Source: Thermococcus kodakarensis KOD1 (GTDB lineage Archaea; Methanobacteriota_B; Thermococci; Thermococcales; Thermococcaceae). Taken from it: 32,000 bases of DNA. This document shows, in pieces, positions 16,520 through 26,112 of this stretch (its first letter is position 1; each line of letters opens with the position of its first letter). Below the pieces are notes generated by a model. It did no database searches, was not told the origin of the DNA, and worked only from the letters and a program-made list of their open reading frames with translations. The stretch is from assembly GCF_000009965.1 (NCBI RefSeq), contig NC_006624.1, forward strand, positions 1,650,001 through 1,682,000, read 5' to 3'. The translations under genes were made by a program, and so were the position numbers.

Positions 16520-17962
16520 TCAGGTGATTACCTTTGCAATGGTAATAGCGTTCTCGTTCTCGAGGATATCCGGCACAAAGATCGAGGGGACCTTCACGAT
16601 AACCATTATCTTGGTGGTTTCGGGCATCGACTGGAGGCCTGTGTTCTTTTCAAGGTTCAAAAGCTCCCAACCGTAGTTCTGGAGCTGGGCCTTCACCTCA
16701 TCACTGGCCTGTATCTTTCCGGCCGCTATTGCCTTTAGGATTTCCGCGAGGTTGACGCTGTAGGAGTAACTAGCTGAGGAACTCTGACTGCCAGACTGGC
16801 TGTTGGAATAGGAATCGCTAGCACTGCTGCTGTCAGAGATTGAGGCCCCTCCCGGGGATTCGGATGTGGAGTGGCTCTCGCTGTAGGAAGTTGAGGATGA
16901 AGTCGACGTCGAGCTGGACTGACTCTGGGACTCACTCACGGATATTGATCCACCCTCGCCGACTGGAAGCAGTAAAAGTTCAAGGTATCCATCAACAACG
17001 GTAGTGTTCTCGCCCTTTAAGTAGAGCTTAACTCTGTCACCAGGATCGAACAATGCCCCATTCATATCTTTCCTCTGAAGGACGAGCGAAATCTCGACCC
17101 ATTCAACGGGGGATACTTTGTATCCAATCAAATCCTGGTAGTTGTCTACCATAGAGATTAGGGCCTTTGCCTGATCCTTTGAAATAAGGGACTTCTCACC
17201 GTTCCGCTCAAGAATGACATCCTGCCCGGGTATCTTATCAAGTTCGAGAAGATAATACTTCTTCCAGAGGGAGAGCAGGTAACTGTCGGGTTTTATTGAC
17301 TCGACCTGTTCAATCGTCGTGGCGCTCTGCACCTGCTCCTCAAGGCTCTTCATAGTGGCTACTGCCTTTGTCCTGAGGGTATCGGGGAGGCCGAGAGAGA
17401 GCAAGGGCTGGAAAGCAACCTCTATCTCTTGGATCTTCTGCTGCTTTGTCTGGTTAAGCTGCTTCTCATACTCACGCTGTTTTATCTCCTGGATACACTG
17501 CTCATAGGCAGTAACGGCCTGATCAAAATAAGTTCTCACATCTATACTGTTCAGCTCCTCAAGACTGTTAGCGGAGGTTATTTTAGAAAGTGCAAGGCCC
17601 TTATACTGGAATGCCTTTTGACTGCAGTTCGAGTTCGAGAAATTGTACGAGGCGAAATAGCGGTTTAGCTCGCTAATTTTTTCAGCACGGGTGTTTTCAA
17701 GTTTCGACTCTCTAGAGCTTTGGATATAGGAATAAACGCCAACGGATATCAGCAGGATAATTATTATCAGTATTGAAGCACCGATTAGAATCCTCTTCCT
17801 GCGCTCCTTCTGACGAATGCTGCTCAGGGACCTAGGTCTGCGAGACGGTTTTTTGGATGGAGACGTTTTAGGAGGAGCAGCCGGTGACGGAGCCTCACTC
17901 TCGGTTGTCATTCTTCCCAGTTCCCTCAGACGACGAATTTTTGCTTCAATATCCTCGGCCAT
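16520..17962 (-). CDS. Bitopic membrane protein of unknown family: basic cytoplasmic N-terminus, one TM, coiled-coil ectodomain, Ser-rich linker, small C-terminal domain
   Basis: TM segment is ILIGASILIIIILLISVGVYSYI. The track start at 17980 is a TTG. The ATG at 17962 (MAEDIEAKIRRL) has GGTGGTG 6 nt upstream. First gene of the operon. Confidence 0.7.
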   Translation of the reverse strand: MAEDIEAKIRRLRELGRMTTESEAPSPAAPPKTSPSKKPSRRPRSLSSIRQKERRKRILIGASILIIIILLISVGVYSYIQSSRESKLENTRAEKISELNRYFASYNFSNSNCSQKAFQYKGLALSKITSANSLEELNSIDVRTYFDQAVTAYEQCIQEIKQREYEKQLNQTKQQKIQEIEVAFQPLLSLGLPDTLRTKAVATMKSLEEQVQSATTIEQVESIKPDSYLLSLWKKYYLLELDKIPGQDVILERNGEKSLISKDQAKALISMVDNYQDLIGYKVSPVEWVEISLVLQRKDMNGALFDPGDRVKLYLKGENTTVVDGYLELLLLPVGEGGSISVSESQSQSSSTSTSSSTSYSESHSTSESPGGASISDSSSASDSYSNSQSGSQSSSASYSYSVNLAEILKAIAAGKIQASDEVKAQLQNYGWELLNLEKNTGLQSMPETTKIMVIVKVPSIFVPDILENENAITIAKVIT

Positions 17963-18055
17963 ATTCAGCACCACCCACAAGGAATTGATGCAATGATCAT
18001 AACCCCCCAGAATAGCTTTTAGTTCTAAGTCCTTATTTACATTTCGGTGGTGGAG

Positions 18056-18388
18056 ATGGAAAAGCTAGAAATTAAGGTCGTGGAAATCCGAGGAAAATGT
18101 CCCGTTTTCAAGCTCGGGGACAGAATAGTCATAGAAGGGCCAAGGATAAACCTTGAAGAGACCGACGCAGTATGCACTCACGCCTTTGCCTCCCTGCTAC
18201 CTTACATAGTCGCCCTCCGAAAGGGTATTAAGCCCAATGAGATAGGTCTCGGCAGGGGAGAGAAGGCTTACGTGCAGTGCCTCGACCCGGGTCCGCCGTA
18301 CACAGACGGAGGAACCGTGATCTTTGAGATAACGGTGGTGCGAGATGAAGGCGAGAAAGGCATGGAGAGTCGTGAGAGAGGTAGTTGA
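18056..18388 (+). CDS. Small Cys-containing protein, TIGR04076-like
   Basis: MEKLEIKVVEIRGKCPVFKLGDRIVIEG...AVCTHAFASLLPYIVALRKG...YVQCLDPG...VIFEITVV resembles the TIGR04076 family layout (recalled, not searched). The ATG at 18056 follows GGTGGTGGAG. The track start at 18047 is a GTG. Confidence 0.55.
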   Translation: MEKLEIKVVEIRGKCPVFKLGDRIVIEGPRINLEETDAVCTHAFASLLPYIVALRKGIKPNEIGLGRGEKAYVQCLDPGPPYTDGGTVIFEITVVRDEGEKGMESRERGS

Positions 18389-19418
18389 TGAGGCCGACAT
18401 AGTCGTTGAGGTAGTTGACGCCCGCGACCCCATTGGGACGAGGAACAGGAAGCTTGAGAGGCTGATCCTTGAAGAGGGGAAACCTCTGCTCATCGTCATG
18501 AACAAGGCCGATTTGGTCCCGAAGGAGTGGGCCGAGGAGTACAAGAGGAAGAGCGAGGTTCCAGTCGTCTTCATAAGCGCGAGGGAGAGGAAGGGAACTG
18601 GAATACTCAGGAAGGAGATCAAAAAGCTGGCAAAGCCGCTCCTGGACGAGAAGGAGAAAGTTAAGGTGGCGCTCATAGGCTACCCCAACGTCGGCAAGAG
18701 CACGATAATCAACACCCTCAAGGGCAAGAGGGCAGTTGGGACTGCGCCGATCCCAGGCTATACCAAGGGAAAACAGCTGATAAGGCTGAGCAAGAAGATA
18801 TGGCTCCTAGACAGCCCAGGGGTCATCCCGATAGACGACTTCGACGAGCTCGTGATAAGGGGAGGCTTTCCTGCTGATAAGATAGAGGAGCCAGTTAAAC
18901 CAGCCGTAAAGCTCATCGGAAGAATCCTGGAAACGAGAAAAGAGGCCATAACCGAGAAGTTCGGAATCACGGAGTTTGAAAGCGAGGAGGACATTCTCAG
19001 GAAGATCGGCGAGAGGAGGGGCCTCATAAAGGCGGGTGGCGAGGTCGACATCGAAGAGACGGCGAGGTGGTTCCTCCGCGAGTGGCAGACCGGAAGGTTC
19101 ACACTCTTCGGGAGCGAGGAAGAGGGGAAGAGAGACTTCATCTGGGACTTCGAGGACGTGCTTAATGGGGTCGAGAAAGACCTCCTGCTCGACCCGAGGA
19201 GGATACTCTGGAAGTACGGAGATGAGCTGAGGGAGAAGCTCGACGGCCAGAAGAGGGCTGGAGTAAGGGAGATAGAAGGAATAACGGTTGGAATAGCGAC
19301 CGGATTTAAGAAGTGCGACTCTGCCGTTAAGTTCCTCGAAGAGCTGACCGGAAAGCATGCCCTAGCAAGCGAATGCTTTGGAAAGAAATGGAAAGGGGTT
19401 GTGGCTGTTCTCGATTAG
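18345..19418 (+). CDS. Circularly permuted GTPase of the YlqF/RbgA/YawG (ribosome-biogenesis) group
   Basis: The motif order is G4 before G1: VMNKADL (NKxD), then GYPNVGKSTIIN (P-loop), then LLDSPG (G3). The N-terminal DIVVEVVDARDP is typical of this group. Confidence 0.88.
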   Translation: MKARKAWRVVREVVDEADIVVEVVDARDPIGTRNRKLERLILEEGKPLLIVMNKADLVPKEWAEEYKRKSEVPVVFISARERKGTGILRKEIKKLAKPLLDEKEKVKVALIGYPNVGKSTIINTLKGKRAVGTAPIPGYTKGKQLIRLSKKIWLLDSPGVIPIDDFDELVIRGGFPADKIEEPVKPAVKLIGRILETRKEAITEKFGITEFESEEDILRKIGERRGLIKAGGEVDIEETARWFLREWQTGRFTLFGSEEEGKRDFIWDFEDVLNGVEKDLLLDPRRILWKYGDELREKLDGQKRAGVREIEGITVGIATGFKKCDSAVKFLEELTGKHALASECFGKKWKGVVAVLD

Positions 19419-21361
19419 GCCCTCAAGGCCTTAACAACATCCAGCTTCCCCATTACTCTCCTGACAACCAGGACCGTGAACAGGGCGTAGGCAGCATATA
19501 GAACAGGCAGGAGCGGGAGAATCTGGAGGGCATCGCCGAGTGAGACGTTCACTGGTAGGATTATGTTACCTATGTAGTAGCCCAGCCTCACCGCCGGTGG
19601 AATGGCGAGGAGCGAGCCAATCACCGCAGAGGTGACAACTTTTGTCAGGAACTCTCGCTCCACGTGCGAATCCGGAATTCCCACAGCCTTGAGCGTGGCA
19701 TAAACCTTCTCGTTGCCCTCGATCTCAAGGTAGATCAGCGTGAAGATGGCAAAGACGCTGAGGAGGAATGTAACGAGCATGAGGGCGTAAACGGGTGTTT
19801 TGAAAAGTATGAGGTTCTGCTCGATATTTCTTCTTAGATCATCGAGCGTGTAAACCTTGAACCCCTGGGATTCGAGTTCTTCCTTGACCTCTTCTGGGTT
19901 TTCTGCCTTCATAAAGCTCATCCTCGGCTCGACAAAGCCCTCCATCGGGAGGAAGAGGGCGCGGTAGTTGTAGAAGAAAGCATCGCTGATCCCGACCACG
20001 CGGTAGGTTCTCTCAACGCCGAGGAGGTTCACCCTGACGGTGTCGCCGACGTTGAGGTGGAGCTTCCTCGCGAGGCCAACCTCGATGACCGCCTCGTCCT
20101 GCCCTTTGAACCATCTCCCCTCGATGAGGGTTTTTTCAAACATGCTCGTCCGGTTGAAGAAGTAGATTTCCGTCGTGATTCCGTTGACGCTCTGACCGCT
20201 CAGATAGCCGACCTTCTCGCCGGGGAGCTTCGCCATCTTCTCTGGAGTGCCGATGACCCAGACGTTGAAGGGCGCGTTGAGGCTGGCGAGCTTCTCCACG
20301 CCTGCCAGGGCAAAGTAGGCAGAGCTCGACGCCAGAAAGGCGACGAAGAAGACAGCCAGGAACTTGAGGAGGGATGATCTCTTGGGGACAAAGCGCAGGG
20401 CTTCTATGGTTCTAATCCGCGAGACGTAGAGGTAGGGCAGGGAAACCATCAGGACTATCGCCATGGTTATTAGAACGTCGAACTTGAAGGGATAGGCATA
20501 GTTCGGCCTCAGCGGGATGGAGACGCCGAAGAGGCTTGAACGGCTTCCTAAGAGGATTCCGGGAACAATTCCGATGGCATAGCCAAGGAGAGCGACGATT
20601 AAGTAATCGCCGGCGAAGAGCGTGAAGATGAAGGAATCCGGAAGGCCGAGGGCCTTGAGGGTTCCAACCTCCCTCGTGCTGCCCCTTAGGTGTGCCACCG
20701 TCACGAGAACCTCGATGAGGAGTGCAGTCCCAAGGAGGAGGTAGAAGAAGCTCATGACGAAGTTCTTCACGTTCCCCAGCTCGTCCATGTAGGGTGTATG
20801 GCCATTCTCATAGACCATGAAGTAGCGAACCCTCGCGTGGCTCATCAGAAATTCGGCCAGGGCCTTCGTGTCGTTGCATCTCATAAACGCGTAGAGGTTC
20901 TCGCCCTTCTCCATCGTCAGAACTATCGGCTTACCCATCAGGTAGTAGTAGGAGCCGAGAACCGTGTAGGTTTTCCCGTTGACCTCGATTTTATCGCCCC
21001 GCCTGGCTTCAGGGAAGGCCAGGACGTAAGCACCATCGGGCGTGCTTTTAGCATTGGGAACGTCAAAGCGCCCGTAGCCGATTAAGGCGGTGTAATACTT
21101 CCCGTTCAGCTTCACCTTTCCCTCGTCGAAGTAGAGGTAGTTCACGACCTCACCGAAGCGCGTGAGGTTCTCGACGCCAACCCCCTGGACGACGAACTCG
21201 ACGTTGCCGATGTGCGAGAATTCATCCACCGTCCCCATGAAGGCCCCGATTCCACCGAGGGTGAAGTTGATGCCCAAGCTGAGGAAGACGAAGATTATGA
21301 AAACCACTACCGCCTTTTTCTTCTCGCGCTTAAGCTTTGCGACCGCCGTCTTTGATGGCAT
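19415..21361 (-). CDS. ABC transporter permease with two FtsX/MacB-type domains
   Basis: About 648 aa. Pattern is N-terminal TM, large extracytoplasmic domain, 3-4 TM, second extracytoplasmic domain, C-terminal TM cluster ending in ...VVRRVMGKLDVVKALRA, as in MacB/YbbP-like permeases. The ATG at 21361 follows GGTGAGG. The track start at 21370 is a GTG. Confidence 0.82.
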   Translation of the reverse strand: MPSKTAVAKLKREKKKAVVVFIIFVFLSLGINFTLGGIGAFMGTVDEFSHIGNVEFVVQGVGVENLTRFGEVVNYLYFDEGKVKLNGKYYTALIGYGRFDVPNAKSTPDGAYVLAFPEARRGDKIEVNGKTYTVLGSYYYLMGKPIVLTMEKGENLYAFMRCNDTKALAEFLMSHARVRYFMVYENGHTPYMDELGNVKNFVMSFFYLLLGTALLIEVLVTVAHLRGSTREVGTLKALGLPDSFIFTLFAGDYLIVALLGYAIGIVPGILLGSRSSLFGVSIPLRPNYAYPFKFDVLITMAIVLMVSLPYLYVSRIRTIEALRFVPKRSSLLKFLAVFFVAFLASSSAYFALAGVEKLASLNAPFNVWVIGTPEKMAKLPGEKVGYLSGQSVNGITTEIYFFNRTSMFEKTLIEGRWFKGQDEAVIEVGLARKLHLNVGDTVRVNLLGVERTYRVVGISDAFFYNYRALFLPMEGFVEPRMSFMKAENPEEVKEELESQGFKVYTLDDLRRNIEQNLILFKTPVYALMLVTFLLSVFAIFTLIYLEIEGNEKVYATLKAVGIPDSHVEREFLTKVVTSAVIGSLLAIPPAVRLGYYIGNIILPVNVSLGDALQILPLLPVLYAAYALFTVLVVRRVMGKLDVVKALRA

Positions 21362-22016
21362 TGACCTCACCGTCCTTGAGGGTTATGATGACGTCCGCGA
21401 ACTCAAAGAACTCCCGCTCGTGGGTCGAGGCTATGACGGTTATTCCTTCCTCACGGTTCACCCTCTTCAAAAGTTTCCACACCCTCACTTTGTTCTCCCA
21501 GTCGAGGTTGGCCGTCGGTTCGTCGGCGAAGAGATACTTCGGTCTGTTTGCCAGGGCCCTCGCTATTGCTATCCTCTGCATCTCGCCGCCGCTCATGTGC
21601 TCTGGCAGTTTGTCGGAGAGGTGCTCAGCGTTCACCAGCTTTAGGAGCTTTTTCGCCCTCTCTTTGGGGTTCTCAACCTTTTTGGAGTATTTCATCGGCA
21701 GGAGAACGTTTTCAAGGCCCGTTAAGTAGGGAACTAGGTAGAAGAACTGGAAGACTATCCCGAAGTTGTCGAGGCGGAACTTCCTGAGCTCTTTCTCTTT
21801 GAGAGAGTGGATGTTGACACCATCAACGATGACTTCTCCAGAGGTTGGTCTGTCTATCCCGCTCAGGATGTTGAGGAGAGTCGTCTTTCCGCTCCCGGAG
21901 GCACCCGCTATGATGTAAAACCTCCCATCCTCAAAGGTCAGGTTGATCCCCTTCAGGGCCGTGACGTTGCCGAACTCGTAGTGTTTGGTGAGGCTGCGAA
22001 CCTCGATCATCCTCAT
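21330..22016 (-). CDS. ABC transporter ATP-binding protein (MacB/LolD/FtsE type)
   Basis: Walker A GASGSGKTTLLN, Q-loop FGIVFQFF, signature LSGGEMQRIAIARAL, Walker B YLFADEPTANLD, H-loop ASTHE. The track start at 22046 is a TTG. ATG at 22016 or 22010, next to GGTGA, is preferred. Confidence 0.92.
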   Translation of the reverse strand: MRMIEVRSLTKHYEFGNVTALKGINLTFEDGRFYIIAGASGSGKTTLLNILSGIDRPTSGEVIVDGVNIHSLKEKELRKFRLDNFGIVFQFFYLVPYLTGLENVLLPMKYSKKVENPKERAKKLLKLVNAEHLSDKLPEHMSGGEMQRIAIARALANRPKYLFADEPTANLDWENKVRVWKLLKRVNREEGITVIASTHEREFFEFADVIITLKDGEVNAIKDGGRKA

Positions 22017-22186
22017 CACCCAATTACAGCCTCCATCACATCGCAAACATGACTACCTTGAAGAATATCTCCATTTAACCTTTTATGCTGCCTGTTTTGT
22101 ATAGGCGCTAGTACGTTATTCTAGTTCTATTAGATAGTAAAATTTAACCGTGATCACCACTAAAATGTGGGGCAGTAACTAAGTAG

Positions 22187-23437
22187 CTAACCGACATCAA
22201 AGAAAACAAGGGCGAGACCAGCACTCAAAAAGCCCATTGCAAGGCCCGGAGCCACCACCCACCACCAGTATCCACCGTAGAGGGCCCCCTGGCTCATCGC
22301 TTCAATCATGAAAGAGCCCCAGTTCGTACCTGGAATCAGGCCAAAGAATCCAAAGACTGAAATCAACGCCACGACTTTGGCTAGAAGCATTGTTGAGTAC
22401 CTCAGGGAGAACTCTCCAACAGGGGGAAGTATGTGTTTCCTTAAAACCCAAAGCGCACCCGCCCCCATGCTCACTGCGGCTTTAACGTACTCGTTCGCCT
22501 TCTCCTTTATCACGATGAGTCTGATAGTCTTAGCAAGCTTTCCAAAGGTCAGAAGGGCGACTAAAAACATGAAAAGCAGGGGATCTATCTCAACCTTTCG
22601 ACCGTAACCCTGGGTGGAGAAAAGCCAGACAAGGACTACGAGGATTGGGAGCATGGGTAATGCCATCAGAACCTCTAAGATGAACGTCGCAAGTTCCCCC
22701 AATATTCCACCAACGTAGCCTGAGACCATACCCACAAGAACTCCCAGAACCACTATTATTGCCGTCGTAAAGAACGCGAGATAGAGAGTGTTGTTCATGC
22801 CCTTGACGAATCCAACCCACATGTCCCTGCCGTAAGAGTCTGTACCAAGAAGGCCGTAGCAGGTTCCAAGAATTTCGACTGATGGATTGGCTTTTTCGGA
22901 CAGGCGAACCTCAAAGATGTACTCACCTTTTAAAGGTTCCAAGCTGCTATCACGGGAAAACAGGAGCTTGGCAGAGGAGACAAGAACGTACTCGCTCACG
23001 CTAAGGTTGAAAGCCTTTGAAAGAGATGAGACAACGCCGGCGCGCATGTTGATGTTGAGGCTCATGTTACTGGAGATGGCTGGACCCCTGTAAAGGAGCA
23101 CCCGAACGCCATCTGGCCTCAAAACGCTTATTTCTATTTTCTCCCCTTTAGGAAGGCCGTAAAACCTCACGTCGTTAGGCTTGTCCTTGTAAGTGTGCTT
23201 GTAGGAAAACCTGTAGATCCAAGAACCGTTCTCCTCAACCGGCGACGGTTTCAGAAAGACCGTAGGAGTCCTTCCACCGAAGATCGAGAACCAGGAGGGG
23301 TAGGCCTTACGCGGGTTGTCCCTCCAGTAATTAGCGTTCTCCCAGTTGTCGATATCTCTCTGATCAACACTCAAATTTGAGGCTATCACGAAGAGAGCGA
23401 ACACGACCAGTATCGCCACCCCAGCTTTTCGCACCAT
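22187..23437 (-). CDS. ABC importer permease, OppC/DppC type, with an enlarged (about 180 aa) extracytoplasmic loop after TM1
   Basis: 416 aa. Contains LLGTDSYGRDMW (OppC N-terminal motif) and the EAA-loop AAVSMGAGALWVLRKHILPP. ATG start with AGGGTGAG Shine-Dalgarno. Confidence 0.85.
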   Translation of the reverse strand: MVRKAGVAILVVFALFVIASNLSVDQRDIDNWENANYWRDNPRKAYPSWFSIFGGRTPTVFLKPSPVEENGSWIYRFSYKHTYKDKPNDVRFYGLPKGEKIEISVLRPDGVRVLLYRGPAISSNMSLNINMRAGVVSSLSKAFNLSVSEYVLVSSAKLLFSRDSSLEPLKGEYIFEVRLSEKANPSVEILGTCYGLLGTDSYGRDMWVGFVKGMNNTLYLAFFTTAIIVVLGVLVGMVSGYVGGILGELATFILEVLMALPMLPILVVLVWLFSTQGYGRKVEIDPLLFMFLVALLTFGKLAKTIRLIVIKEKANEYVKAAVSMGAGALWVLRKHILPPVGEFSLRYSTMLLAKVVALISVFGFFGLIPGTNWGSFMIEAMSQGALYGGYWWWVVAPGLAMGFLSAGLALVFFDVG

Positions 23438-23438
23438 T

Positions 23439-24473
23439 TCAGCTCACCCTTGGATCCAACATTCCCTTAACGAGCTCCAGGAGAAACGAAAAGACGAAGG
23501 ATATAATGAATATCGCAAGGGTGACAACGAAGAAGAGGCGGTAGTCAAACCTAACAACCACGCCGAATGCCGGAACAACTGTCCTGACAAAACTCGCCTT
23601 AAAGATTATCCCAAGGCCCCCGAGGTTGAATAGGACGTCCACGACGATGTAATCCGTGAACATCTCAACGAACTTCTGAACGGTGAACGAGCTAAGGACT
23701 ATGGAGACGTTCTTAAGAACGTGCCTCCAGTATATCACCCACTCAGAGATACCTTTGGCCCTCGCAGTTAGGACGTAGGGCTTCCCAAGCTCGTCCCTTA
23801 CGTTATGAGCAACAACAACCACAAACTCCCAAATGTACACAAAAACTAGCGTGGCAACGGGAAGGGCAAGGTGCCAGAGAACGTCGAGCACGCCCTCAAA
23901 GCCACCCTTCGGGGGGATACTCTTAAGGCCTGAGATTGGAAACGCGTCAAGCTTGACGGCAAAGACTGCTATCAACACTGCTCCAATCCACCATGATGGA
24001 AGGCCAGTGAAGAAACGCGCAAGACCCTCGGCAACACCAAGAAAACGACTGTTTGCCAGCTTGAATCCAAGGAGAACACTCAGAAAAACCGTCAACAGCA
24101 CTGAGAGTCCCATGACCATGAGGGTTACTTTTATTGAATGGTTAAAATCGTACTTGGTATCACCCCGGCGATAATAATCAATGCTCTTTCTGAGGAGGTC
24201 CATACCCATCACAAAAATGTTATCGTCCCTCACTTCCGCCGCTTTAGTGAGTATATGATAATAGTACTCCTCAACGGTGAGCCCCTCCCTGGTCGCGTTT
24301 TGCTCCAGCTCTTGGTACAGGGCGGGATTATTCATCCGAATTCCCATGAGAGCATCGTGAGCGTAATCCCATGTCAGCTTATTGGACGTTGCTCCCGCTA
24401 TCAAGATTATTATGAGAAGTACGCAAAGGTAAATTACAGCCAGTCGCGCGAGGGTTCTGACTGGAAGCTTCAT
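23439..24473 (-). CDS. ABC importer permease, OppB/DppB type
   Basis: 344 aa with the EAA-loop TARAKGISEWVIYWRHVLKN and 6 predicted TM segments. Its ATG overlaps the TAA of the upstream 76-aa gene (TAATG). Confidence 0.85.
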   Translation of the reverse strand: MKLPVRTLARLAVIYLCVLLIIILIAGATSNKLTWDYAHDALMGIRMNNPALYQELEQNATREGLTVEEYYYHILTKAAEVRDDNIFVMGMDLLRKSIDYYRRGDTKYDFNHSIKVTLMVMGLSVLLTVFLSVLLGFKLANSRFLGVAEGLARFFTGLPSWWIGAVLIAVFAVKLDAFPISGLKSIPPKGGFEGVLDVLWHLALPVATLVFVYIWEFVVVVAHNVRDELGKPYVLTARAKGISEWVIYWRHVLKNVSIVLSSFTVQKFVEMFTDYIVVDVLFNLGGLGIIFKASFVRTVVPAFGVVVRFDYRLFFVVTLAIFIISFVFSFLLELVKGMLDPRVS

Positions 24474-24703
24474 TAAACATCCCCTTTTCTCAGTAACAGG
24501 TTCACATCCTGAAAGCTGATGTCAGGGTGTCTTTTCAAGAACTCATTAACACCTTCTTCAACTCCAAGTTTTCTAATGTACTCAAGCAATTTATAACTCT
24601 CGGCATCTAGTCGGATGAGATGAAGAGTTTTTGGCGAGAACAGAATGTACTCATCTAATACCTTGTCAAGATACAATGAACTCAGGAATTCATCCTCGCT
24701 CAT
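24473..24703 (-). CDS. 76-aa cytoplasmic protein, tentatively PqqD/RRE-like (peptide-binding winged-helix)
   Basis: MSEDEFLSSLYLDKVLDEYILFSPKTLHLIRLDAESYKLLEYIRKLGVEEGVNEFLKRHPDISFQDVNLLLRKGDV. It has a strand-strand-helix pattern (ILFSP..LHLIRLDAESYKLLEYI) and a C-terminal DV..LL.KG, as in PqqD-family proteins. GGTGAAG Shine-Dalgarno. Translationally coupled to the permease gene. Confidence 0.5.
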   Translation of the reverse strand: MSEDEFLSSLYLDKVLDEYILFSPKTLHLIRLDAESYKLLEYIRKLGVEEGVNEFLKRHPDISFQDVNLLLRKGDV

Positions 24704-24891
24704 ATCATCTTCACCACGTTATGAATTTATGGCGTTGTTAGTTTATAATAATTACGTTGATTAAAATTAACAATTCGACAAATGAACTTATTAGCGACGG
24801 ATAAAATGTCACGACATACATTGAAGAATATCATTATGACATTTAACAACTAAGTTATACCAAGGCGCACAAAGGACTAGGTCAAACAAAA

Positions 24892-26019
<1,128 letters not shown>

Positions 26020-26070
26020 AGAATAAGTGTCTATATAGATTTACCACCAAAGTATATTTTATTGCGGCAA

Positions 26071-26082
26071 TCTTTATATTTC
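26071..26082 (+). promoter_or_regulatory. Proximal TATA element (tctttatatttc) of the pst operon
   Basis: Lies about 35 nt upstream of the ATG at 26113, with GGTGA at 26103-26107 as Shine-Dalgarno. Confidence 0.5.
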
Positions 26083-26112
26083 TTAACCCTCTTCTAACCA
26101 TCGGTGAAACCA

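Noticed and set aside
16735-16935. 66-aa minus-strand out-of-frame ORF within the Ser-rich region
   Set aside because: It is a by-product of the low-complexity Ser-coding tract, which depletes stop codons in other frames.
22047-22186. 140-nt AT-rich spacer with an 8-nt palindrome GTGATCAC; considered as a TGM-like (TATCAC-N5-GTGATA) regulatory site or a small RNA
   Set aside because: It does not match the TGM consensus spacing or sequence and has no C/D or H/ACA features. A TATA-like element for the ABC ATPase, plus T-runs terminating the permease operon, explains it adequately.
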